Below are positions 23,701 through 35,575 of a stretch of 64,000 nucleotides of DNA, piece after piece; position 1 is the first letter of the stretch; every line of letters starts with the position of its first letter. Both the position numbers and the translations under genes were made by a program. Where the stretch lies: NCBI GenBank assembly GCA_037379345.1, contig CM074513.1, forward strand, positions 35,956,885 to 36,020,884, given 5' to 3'. This stretch comes from Perna viridis (taxonomy: Eukaryota). The notes beneath the pieces were generated by a model. It was not told the origin of the DNA and made no database searches. It worked only from the letters and a program-made list of their open reading frames with translations.

Positions 23701-25849
23701 CAACATGTACATGTGTCAATTAACGGTGTTTGCGTCTTCCTGGTATGTGTTTTTAGGTCATTTGATGATAAACTACATGTTTGTACATCTTCGTCTTGTA
23801 ACGTGCGAGTATGTGATGGAAGAGCTGATTATACCGATTCGAGCGATTTTTCATCGAATACGAACAGACAAACGACAAAACCAACACATGTCTCTCACCA
23901 TTCTCTTAGTTGAGTGGAATAGGGCCAGTTCTATTGTATTTTATATGTGGTATTCCTTTCTTGTTTCCCAAGCTTTAAATACGTTATAACTACTGTGATT
24001 ATTGTCTGGATTTCACTCCCGTATGTTAAATGATATTTTAATAAGAGTCTATCATTGCTGCAAAATGTCAGTTGAATACGGAATGTAGGTAATGAATCCA
24101 TGTTTGATAGGCTTAGTGTTCATTTAGGTATACATTTTTTTTAAGTAGGACAAAATAAGAAATAAAGCTAGATGATTCTTTGTTGTAGTTGTGTCGCCTC
24201 ACGTCCCTGTACCCTATTTGTAATTATTGTCAGTGTTTGTTTGAAAAAAAAACTGATTTTCCGCTAACTTCCAATAAAACGTAAGAACCACAATGGACAA
24301 ACACTGAATTCTGACCATTTTGTTGTATTGACTGAAATGCTAGAATGCCGATATTGTCTGTTATTACATCTCGTGATCAATGTCATTATTGAATTTCTGA
24401 ATTAAACAGATGTGGTTCTTTGTTTTATGGTACTTTATTTTCAGATTGTTACAGTTAGTAGAAAGTGTATAGTGGATAGAAAAATGCAAAGAAGTCTCTA
24501 AAAAGTGTCTCATTGACAATCCACTATTGATTTACTGTCATATGTATAATAGTGTTAAAAATAAATTTCACGAGTATTAATTTTTGCGGTTTTCTAACCA
24601 CCGTGAAAATAGCGAAAATTAATACCTTTAAAGTATATTTACGAACAAGAAGAAATCGCGGAAAATGAATCGGCGCGAATATGGAAAAGACAGAACGTAA
24701 GTCGTGATTTAGCAGCGAAATTCAAATAAAGTCCCGAGGGTAGATTAATAATATAACTGGAGGTTTCAACATGATCTCTATTTTGTCGCTGTGTCATGTA
24801 AATGCGTTGCTTAATTAGGACTTTAACTATTGTTATCTATCGAGAATAAAAAAAAAGTGAGCCATTAGCTCGAATCTTATCTTCCTCAGAGATCCCGACT
24901 TAGATCACGCATTTGAACGAAACCAGGTGAACTTGATCAAAAAGGAAGAATCTCTTTCATCAGGTGCAATTAATTAGTTATTATCAAAATCGGTTTCAAA
25001 ACTGATATGTATTACATAATGACTTACAGACTGGGAGGAATTCTTGGTAGATATCACCCTTCAGATGCAGTTCTTGAGATAAACTTTTCACAAACCAAAG
25101 CCCAGAGGATACAGCTACTTAACACCAGTAAATCTCTCATTTTATATTTTGGTTACAGTAATGTAGTACAGTTTGCAGCTTGTTCATGGCAACAAAAAAA
25201 AACATACGCCTTTACACTGATCAATAATCAATTGTTATTATCATGTTTTCTAGTCATGTTTGTAAGAACTCCAACTTAGTTTTCATATTTGTTTTATATT
25301 TGGATGAAAAGAAAAAAACATACCAAACAGACATACTCAGCATAAAGATTCATTTCTACCCGACACTATTACCACTAAAACAAAATTACATATACATAGC
25401 ACACAAAATAACCAAGGTTGGCGATCAAAGCTTTTTTTGACATTCCACTCAAAAACAAAATTAGTAATACCCTCGTTGATAATATGTTTTTGAGTGGAAT
25501 GAAGAGAACATTTTTTGATGAAATCAAGTATTTAGGAGTATTTGCATAACCGAGAAAGACTGTTCTTCATTTGTATACACAAACTTGTTTTTGAACAGAT
25601 ACACATAGCAGTGACAATTGTCTGTCCTCTAAAATTAAAAAAATAAATATCAAAATCCGTGCATCGCTGATCTTTTGCCTTTATTCGTAACATAAACTAC
25701 ACAGTTATCCATACAAGCAACAATATATGACTAAATTGTCCATGTGAACACCATTTTTTTTCGAATCTTTCCATCAATGCTTAGCACTGTCAAAACTGGC
25801 GTTTAGAGGAAAAACAAACTAGAGGTCATGAAATGAAAATGGAACGAAA

Positions 25850-26310
25850 AATGCAACAATTATTTGGTGTTACTGTCTCCATTTCTATGCAGCAACAAAT
25901 TATTTGGTATTCTAAGCAGAACACATTATTTGGTGTTCTAAACAGCAACACATTATTCGGTGCTCGAAGCAGCAACAGATTATTTGGTGTTCAAACAGCA
26001 ACACATTATTTGATGTTCTAAGCAGCAACAATTTATTCGGTGTTCTAAGCAGCAACAATTTATTTTTTGTTCTATGCAGCAACACATTATTTGGTGTTCA
26101 AACAGCAACACATTATTTGGTGTTCTAAACAGCAACACATTATTCGGTGCTCGAAGCAGCAACAGATTATTCGGTGTTCTGAGCAGCAACAATTTATTTG
26201 GTGCTCTATGCAGCTACACATTATTTGGTGTTCAAACAGCAACAAATTATTCGGTGTTCTAAACAGCAACAATTTATTCGGTGATCTAAGCAGCAAACAA
26301 TGATTTGGTG
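25850..26310. repeat. 26-27 bp minisatellite, about 16 copies
   Basis: Unit AGCAACACATTATTTGGTGTTCTAAAC. It produces the overlapping repetitive ORFs at 25833-26320. Confidence 0.95.
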
Positions 26311-26935
26311 TTGTCGCCATTTATTACTTATTATTTAAAGTTTCTGTCTTAATTCTCTGTGTTTTACTGTCTCCATTTTCTGTCGGTTGTTTGTTCTTAC
26401 TGTCTCCATTTATATTTGTTATGTAATGTTTCTGTCGCTATTCTCCTTGTGTTATTTGGTTTTACTCTCGGACTGTACATTTTCTGCGTTTTATACCTTC
26501 ATCTTCTGAATGTTTTTTAGTGTTAATATCTCCATTTTTGTGTGTTGTTTAATGTTATTGTCTCTATTATTTGGTGTTGCAGTCTACATTTTCTATGTTT
26601 TTTATGGTTTTAAAATCTCCATTTTATATGTATTATTTGGTGTTAATATTTCTCCATTTTCTATGTACTGTTTTCTGTAAAAATATATCCATTTTCTATG
26701 TGTTATTTAGTGTTACTGTCTACATTTTCTATGAGTTGTTTGGTGGTAATATCTCTCTATTTTTTGTGCGTTATTTGATGTTAATATCTCCTTTTCTGTG
26801 TGTTGTTCGGTGTTAATTTCTCACTATTTTCTATGCGTTGTTTGGTAGTAATATCTCTCCATCTTCTGTGTGTTATTTGGTGTTACCGTCTACATTTTAT
26901 ATTTGTTGTTTGTTGTTAATATCCCCATTTTCTTA
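26300..26935. repeat. Degenerate ~33 bp minisatellite
   Basis: Unit approximately TTATTTGGTGTTAMTRTCTCCATTTTCTATGTG. Confidence 0.85.
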
Positions 26936-29458
26936 CTTCTATATTTCTCTATACTCTGAATGTAGTTTTATATGTACTTTTTAAAATATATATTTTTTTC
27001 AAACAAAAAGATCGTTGCCAATCAACTATAATTATCTTAAGTATGTAGATTTATCATGCAATTCAATAAAAAATTTCAATTTTGTCAAAGACTTTCATCT
27101 CTGTAAACCTTAATTGTTGTTGTTTTTTTTTTTGTTTTTTTTTTCATTTGCCTTTTTCGACTAATATAAAGATAATGTCGTCATTTGAAAAAAAAATGCA
27201 CTTAAAACAATTTAATGCAATCAAGATGTCTGTACATACATATGATAAATTGGAATAATTTGTCATTTACAAAATTCACACTCTGATCAATCCAGATCTT
27301 TATTCTGAAAGTCAGATATAATTAGTTACTTCATTGTAAAGCTAATATTACCAAACGAGTTTAATTGAATTTCCTCACAAATAAGGAAAGTGCATTGGAA
27401 TTGGAGAAAACTTTTTCAAATGTAATTGAGAAGAAGTTCCTTAAGATATTCCCAAATCAAAGTATGAAATAATAATTACAAATCAACTACGTGATGATTT
27501 ATGTCCCGCTGTCAGCTGCCGTGAATCATTCTATCGATTCCTTTCATAATCACCCGGTAGTTGCTTCTCCAGAATTTGCTGTTTATGCAAGTCGCTTTAA
27601 CAGATGGAAATATGCTTCAAAAGATACCATCACGTCCTTTTACTCTGTTTGATATGTCTGTAAATCTCGTTAAACTCTCGCATCAGAGGGAAGTAGACGT
27701 CTGAACGTGAGTGCAAATCTCGTATGCATCGAGAAATAGTGCTGTCTTGTTGTTTTCTCTTGTTTTGCCATTAACAATATTCTTAAAATCGACAAAAGCA
27801 GATTAAGTTTTTACTTCACGGAAAATTAACCGTCTGCACAAACCTGCAAATTTCCTATGCATGGTTAAGTAACGCTGTCTTGTTTTAAGCAATCATGCCA
27901 TTTACAAAGTCCTTAAAATCGACAAAATGCACATTTTATTTGCTTTTTGTCTTTCACTTCAATTAATTCTAGTTTAAGTTAGTTTATGCAAGTCGTTTGG
28001 CTGCATCAATCTAAGGAAATATTATACTTCCCACAAACGGAGTCAACCATCTGAACAAACATTTTATTTAGCAGGATAAATGAAAAGTGGTAAAGAAAAT
28101 AAACGGACGGTAGACATGCCGCCTGCTTTCTTTATAAAGAAAGTTGTTATAAGTTTGATTCATTGCCGAGTCTTTATGTTAGACTCACTCCTTTATTTTT
28201 GTCATTTGTGTTTTAATTTTAAGAAACCGCCGATCACTTTTTAAACCACTTAGAAACTTCAAAATTCAACGCTTTAAGTGTAAGTGCTTCCAACATGCTG
28301 TCTCCGTGTGTTTGTCTGGCTATAATGGTAATTTACGCCACAAGCCTCAACATTTGCGGAGTCTGTCGAGAAACCGTCATTGGTTTATGCTAGTTTTGTA
28401 GCCGTTGATGCCTTGTTCGAGTAGTTTACTTGTAAAACAACGTATATTTTAGACTGCTTGGGAACATAAAACCTTTACATGAACCTCTCATTAAAATATT
28501 CCTGGACAGGGTAAATTAATGACTGCAAGTAAGTTACATAATTATCAAGACGAAGATAAGCCTAACATAGCATTCCGTATGCAAATAAATTTGTTTCTTG
28601 GTTTGCTAGTGTGTGTGTGTGGTTGTGTGTTTGTGTGTGTGTGTCTAATAATCTCGAAGTGATAATTATTGTGGATACAAATCAAGCCGTAGATACCAAG
28701 AATTAAAGTGATATTAAAAGTCGTCGTTCTTTTTTATCTTTGTTTTATATGTTATATGAAAGCTGAACTGGTGCATATGATTTAATTTTAATGTTTCAAA
28801 TAGTATTTGAGAAACTTGGGTAAGGGTATTTCAGTTTAGCTGCAAATGCATATATGCTAATTCACATTACCCATACTATCAGTTTATATTAAATTAAAAC
28901 CCACCTGAACCCCTGGGTATTTTCGTGCCTTATCATGTTTGAACATCGCTGTAGGAGATGAACCCGGCTATTGAAATCTCGACACTTTATGAATTATTAT
29001 GTGTAATAAATGATAATACTGTTTCAATATAAGATTTTATTGTTTTAAACATGCCCTGCTATCACAACCCAAAAGAACGGTTGAAGTTTCTCGCCATGGT
29101 CCTCTTTGCCATTACTAGGCGAGTAAGATTGTAATACCGCGTGACTCCGAAACACTGGTGCAAGCAATATTTCTGTTGCCCTTTTCTTGTGCAACACTTG
29201 AATCTTAGACACCTAGTTACAAGTATGATAGCAAGCGTGTATGCAGAGAGTATTACTTATATATGACAATATAACGAGACGTCGTCAGCTCAGCTCTAAT
29301 ACATCTAGGAAATTAACTATGCCTGATGTGGTGTGATAAGTACATACTCAAAAGTATCATTTTCCTGAAGTCAATATTGAGGTGTTCGTACGGTCGCGTG
29401 TAAAAAATGTCAGATTTATCTAAGTTTTTTCTCAACATTTGTCAGCCATTTGCACGTT

Positions 29459-29462
29459 TCTT

Positions 29463-29492
<30 letters not shown>
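29459..29492. repeat. (CTT)n microsatellite
   Basis: About 11 CTT units. Confidence 0.95.
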
Positions 29493-29493
<1 letters not shown>

Positions 29494-31329
29494 AAGTACT
29501 TATTTGACTGTCACAGTGTATGAAACTTCGAAGTCTGCAATCTGTAGTTGTCATTTCAGATTTTCGATGTAGTTTTGAGGAGGCTTTTCCTGGGTCCAAA
29601 AGACATAGATTTGTTTAGACTGCAGTATAACTGATGAGTCCATAAATAAGTTAAGAAAGAATAAATGTGTTATTTATACAATGTAAGCAGCCATGCACTG
29701 TTTGGTACCAGTGCAGTGTGAAATGACTTAACATTTTACTGTGCAGATAAAAAAAGATTTACACAACTGTGAATTTCCTTTGAGGTTGGAAATCAGTTTA
29801 GATCTTGTGGAATGCCAAAGCATACAGATCACGCTAGCTGTCATATTCAACCCTATATATTAGAAAAAGATCGCAGTATTGGTTTTATGTAAACAAATTG
29901 TGGAGGTAATTCACAGAGATAAATAAAGCCTTAGTTGCCAATTTCCACACCTGTTTCACACCTGTGTTGAATTAATTACCAGATTTTTTTGTTTATTACT
30001 GGAAGAACGTGCCAAATCTGCAGTCAGGAGATTACCTTACACAAAATGAAACATTTATGTATTGTGAACTAAGAATTTTAAATTCAGAATGAATGCTCGT
30101 ATAGGTTAGTTGGTAAGGATGCATTTATCATCAAATCTGACAGAAAAAAATACATCAATCAATGATGTGTACAAGTACCTTAAACAGATTCTTAACATCC
30201 TATTTTCATATATTTTATTTTTCGCGGCCAATTCCATTCACATTGTGAAATAGGCTTTTATAGACATTTATAAGCCGATGACGTGTAAAATCGTCATCAA
30301 ATTTATAACTATAGGTACACGTTGTCTGTTCTTTCTTCTTCCGGCTTGACGTGTAGATACCAAATATGGTTTTATAGAAGTACCCCTGAAGTGATTTACC
30401 ATAAAGCGCATGTTTTCATTTTGGACTAAATTAGCCCGTGTCAAGTTGTGTCAGATACATAGGCGTCTTGGTTATACTTCTCTGTTTTGAATAGTCAATA
30501 TTTGAGCTTAGTTGAAGAGGCTGTTGAAATAAAATACAACTTTTATTTTCTTTATGGCTTGTTTACATTGCACACATCATAAATAGAACTGTCTGTTCCG
30601 TCTTTTATCTCTATTTCATATGCGTTAAATGGAACTTATTTTCCAGGGCTATGTCAATAGAAAGCCGAGAAAAATCGAAAATATCGACTCGATACTGATA
30701 ATAACAGTTCACACTTGTTATAATAAGTCTTTGTGTTAGAATTGGCACTTATTTGTTCACGTTCAATAGCAGTATATAGAGTTATTAACCGTATATTATC
30801 TCCACTTAAACACCTGTATAAATATTATCCACCGTTTCACTAAACTACTTGAGAATAAGGTGTGATACCATTTAATTGGGGGATACAAACAGGTCACGTC
30901 TGGACATATTCTTCAGACTGCAAACGGTAATTAAATTCGTTATTATTCAATTAGCATTGTGAGCATATTCGATTTTTCTATGGCATTACACAAGCCATAT
31001 AGTCAACTATTTATTCAGAGAACTTTTTGAAAGCAATTAGTTCTCAAGACCTTGTCAAAGAGTTCACAACACGAAAAGCATTAAAAATGACAAGAATGCT
31101 GCCAAAAATTGGGTAACTTAGTATCTTAAAGTTGACACTTAGTGGGACTTAGCATCACGTGGCCAGCACAGGCCGTTTGACGAACTGAATCGAAGGGAAA
31201 CATGAATATATTTGATACCCTCGAGTGACTCCTTTGATAATACCAGAAATTAACCAAATCCATGTCCGAGGTCCATATTGAGTGTACACTAAAATCCATG
31301 TCCGAGGCTATAGTGTATACTAGAAGCAA

Positions 31330-32031
31330 ACCTTTTTCTACCGATAAAAGGGACTCGCTCTCAAATACATATGTAAAGAATTAATACGTGCGGGTATCTC
31401 TCATCCTTTGTTTTACGGTAATGTTCTACACATGGTATGACATGGGTTGTGTCCTTATTGTATGACTTATGATGCACCGTGATTATCAACACCGCATGGG
31501 AAGAATTGGTCTTGATTTTACATACGATGGGGACATAACTTTTTTGTAGGTTTAAACTGGCCTGGAGCTGGCTGGCATGTCAAATAACTGCTAGTAGTCC
31601 TTAGTCTGTACATCTGTGTAATTGATATTCACTTTTTTATTTCCGTTGCAACAAGGGACTCGGATCTTTTTGAACTGATTTTAGGTGGGGTTAATTGTGT
31701 AATATTTTATCTACAGTGGCCAGATTTTAAAAGGGAGGTTATATGATAACGCCGAAGTTATTTTACCCTGCCGCATTTTTTAGCCTTCCCAAGTCGGTAA
31801 TTTCTGGCCTCTGTATGTCTTGTTTCGTTTTCACCTTAAGTTTATTTGTTGTTACTTGCGTTTACAGGGGCAACTCTTTCGCTGTACCAGTCTGTAATGC
31901 TGTTTGGGGCCAACTGCAGCCTGTCCTGTGGTATGAGGGTTTCCTCGTCTTTCATTGAAGACCACTGGGCTGACATCCCGGAAGGGTTGTTGTCTCTTTG
32001 ACATATACAAAATACCTATTTTCGTTATATT
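31330..32031 (+). mobile_element. PLE family 2 3' fragment
   Basis: Collinear with the reverse complement of 4755-5530 (LIRAGISHPLFYGNVL, then UTR). Each copy carries a deletion the other lacks. Confidence 0.85.
31718..31809 (+). ncRNA. Putative circularly permuted twister ribozyme, decayed copy B
   Basis: Perfect closing stem GGCCAGA/UCUGGCC; AAGG-GAGGU..UUA-CCCU-GCC-GCAUUUUUUA-GCCU-UCCCAAGU-CGG. The L4 loop is intact; the A following the scissile bond is changed to U (31764). Confidence 0.55.
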
Positions 32032-32058
32032 AATGTATAGATACATCGAAATGGGCGT

Positions 32059-32573
32059 CATGGTTTTGTGCCAATTTCTTTTTTAAATATTTACTATTTT
32101 ATATGCGCCAAAGACTAATTATTTTATTTGCGCCGTTGGGTAAAGATATATAAATAAAGTTAAATGTAGATAGTTTTAACGATTTGTACTCAAACAAAAC
32201 TGTAAGCCTCCAATGTAGAACCAGGGACTACACATTACTAGTAAAATCAAGTCCTTGTCAGAACAGACCTGTAAAGTGATTGCTGGATTATACTACACAA
32301 ACATGTGTATAGTTTTGTGATAATTTTATGGTTACTAAACATACCCAGTCTGTTTTATGCAATTTTAGTATTTTAACCAATTTAACTTCAGATGATTTAT
32401 CCTGCTCAAAATTTAACCTGCACCTCCCCGTGGTGAGCAAGAAAAAAAAAGAGTTACATGTAAAATAATGATATATAAAGCATTACTTTGTTATAATATA
32501 TTCACCTGCAATTGGCGCATATGATATAATTTATTTTAGCGCAAATGAAATACTAATTGACACAAAAGCAATG
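32059..32573. mobile_element. Possible MITE with imperfect TIRs and a 3-bp TSD (CGT)
   Basis: Left CATGGTTTTGTGCCAATT..ATATGCGCCAA versus right (reverse complement) CATTGCTTTTGTGTCAATT..ATATGCGCCAA. CGT flanks both ends. Confidence 0.45.
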
Positions 32574-33592
32574 CGTCGATCGAAATATCTTTACCCAAAG
32601 GATTCGGTAATCTTTATAAATGGCTAAAAAGGTGATATCCAAAACTCTATTACATTTACTTTTCATCAACTGTCCAGGGAGAACTTCATGGGTCATGTTT
32701 CATAGTCAAAGTAATTCAGATTTTACATAAGAGGGGTTCCGGTACGAACACATTTTGTTTTGCGTGGTTCAACTTTTTTCTTACTGATTTATGTTTCTTT
32801 CATTGGCTACAAATCCGATTTAAGGATTTTATAAAATTTTAAATCGTCCTTTTGTTTCGGATTTACTAGGGGAATTAGAAAGGTGTTGAAGTATGCCAAT
32901 TACAATCTGTAGAAAAAATATGAATAATCTTTTAAAATTGCTTTTTAACACATGTTTCCTTTTAATCAACACCCATTGAAATGTAACTATAAAGTAAAAC
33001 ACCACATTAATTCTGGTTACAAAAGGTTTTAGATCTATAATGTACTTAGAAACAGATGTTTTAACGCCAATAGCCCACCTGCATACGGGTGGAACTAGGT
33101 ATATCATGTTCCCTTTTATGTTGATCACAATAAACGTGGTATTTGAAGCACGCAATCCTAGGAATATTTCTATACACTGGCATGACAAACCATTAAATTA
33201 CATTCTTATGTACATATTTGCCTACAATAAAAATGTACACAGAATCTTAAATCGACGAAATGCAGTTATATCTTAGCTGTGATCATTGATAAGGTATTAG
33301 TTGATACTTTCTTCAAGAAAGCGAAGGACACTGTTGAAACCATTTGAAGTGTGACAAAGTTAACCAGAGGGTTAACAAAAATCGGACGATAGAAATTTGA
33401 TTCTGGTAGAAAGTTTTTATCAACTTTTAAGAGATAAGTGACTTTTTCAGTTAAAGTTATTGTTTTTATTGGGGTCAGTGTTGTTTGTTTTTTTTCTGTT
33501 CTTTTGGGTTGTACGATTGTTCCCTGTAGTTCGGTGTCCCTGGAGTTAAGTCCATGGAATTCCAATCTATAGTGCTCTCGGGTTTACTATTC

Positions 33593-33757
33593 TACGGAGA
33601 CCCGGAGCAAAAAAAAAGCAAAGTCTGTGCGTAGAAGAACTTATATTACGCACACAAAAAACTGTAATTTCCGTGCAAAAAATAATGATGTGCGCATAAT
33701 ATAATATGATAGAGTCGAAAGATATTATGATGTGCGCACTTAATACAATATAATTGT
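33593..33757. mobile_element. Possible short non-autonomous DNA element with internal TGTGCG(C/T)A repeats
   Basis: TACGG..CCGT-type ends and repeated ATGATGTGCGCA units; degenerate. Confidence 0.3.
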
Positions 33758-35504
33758 TTTCCACACACATTTTTGCCTGACCTAATCAGACCGCCGTTCT
33801 TTTCTGCACTTATCTAGAAATCACACTATTGCCGGTTTATTGGACACTTACAATATAATGATTAAGAGATATATTTCACTTGTTTCTGCAAGAAAAAGTA
33901 GGACCCCAACTTTTCTGTCATGCCAATGTCTAGCGGGTATATACATTTAGACTAGGACAAACTATCCGTCAAGTCCATATAGTGTGAAAATTCTATATAT
34001 GTTGACATTTAATGATCCGGTGTTTTATTTATTACCTAATATTGCCGAGTTTTGGATAATTAATAACTCGTAAATTACCTTTTTTGTTGTGGTGTCTGAT
34101 TTCGATGGTATACAAATGATTGCACTTTTAAAGAGTTGATTTTTACACCGAGATGTTAAAATCTATACATTATACCTGATTGTACAATTTCCATATTTCA
34201 TAACATAATGTTAAAAGTCACACAATTATTACATTACCATATCAATACATTTACAAATAAGATTTTGTTCATTTCTCAGACTTTAAAACACTATCTTTAG
34301 TTGTTTATTCGACATTTGAAGTCACCCAGTGTATAAATAAAGGTCTAACCACTCATTTATATTGATGCTTGAGAGTGCTCGAATATAAATATGGATGCAC
34401 GAAGCAACAAAAAAGTACTCGTGTGAATAAACAAAATTAATTTATGTTATTAGTATTCTATTTTAATTTTTACATTACATCTAAGTGGTCCTTATACGCA
34501 ATTTAGAATTATTGGCAATCATGTCGCCATGGCATCTTGGATTAAACGTATTGTCCAAAAGAAAGTTAACTTCCAGTTTTCATTCTGGTTTTAGCTATGA
34601 CCGCTAATGTGAGAAAATACCAGTCATCAAGAGTCTAATATCTGGAACATAGTTCCGGGAACCAGTCATCAAGAGTCAAACTATGGAATCAGAACATAGA
34701 CTGGAAAAAAAGGTGTACCAAAAAACTTCAATTCTGAATGTGTTGCAAAATTAAAACATGACGAACAAAATGATCAACCTAAAACAAAAATAATAAATTC
34801 ATTTTATTAATGATCATATCATGTAAAAGATATTTGAATACAGTTATACATTGATACCAAACAAAGTAATAAATCCCAACTGATAATTGATTTTTAAACA
34901 TAACATGACACATGTTATTGGGAAACAATTCCAATGTGATAAAACAAATATAGCCCTTGGGGGAGCTTAATGTCCATTTGCCTTACAAAAACTCCTTTGA
35001 AATAATTGAACAAAACACAAAATTAATCATACCAAATACATTTACTAGTGAGGTAATCCTGTCATAACTATCCATAATACATTACTCTGGTTATGCAACA
35101 TAATAACAAATTTAATACTTCATTCCTCTGTATTGTAAAGCGGTGAATAATAGGCGCAATCATCGTTTTTATACAAAGAAATCGGTATAAATGTAATTTT
35201 CGTTTATATGAAATAAAATCAGAAAGTAATTACATAACGATTGAGATTCTTGTAACATTTGTCAGCGCAGATGGTCAGAACTACTGAATGTCTACTATTA
35301 TGACTACTGATTATGCTTTAAAGCAGTTTTCTTCAGATTTCTTTACTCTCTTATTTTGTAAATTTCTTTGAGTTCTGAATTTTCATTTAAGGATTCTAAA
35401 ATTGATTATTACTAAACATATTAATTCTAATTTTGTGAAAGTGAAGAGAGTTTATAAGATTGATTACCATTCCGTTTGTCTTTGGTCCTGTTTTGTTTTG
35501 TTGG

Positions 35505-35575
35505 GATAGGGTGTCACAGATTTTCCTGAGAATAGGGTGTCAGATTTTCCTGAGGATAGTATGTCGCAGATTTTC
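35505..35575. repeat. Three copies of a ~21-23 bp unit
   Basis: ATAGGGTGTC(A)CAGATTTTCC repeated. Confidence 0.75.

Noticed and set aside
25833-26320. CRISPR-like array, or a repeat protein from the overlapping ORFs
   Set aside because: Units are head-to-tail with no unique spacers and no cas genes. The ORFs are by-products of a minisatellite.
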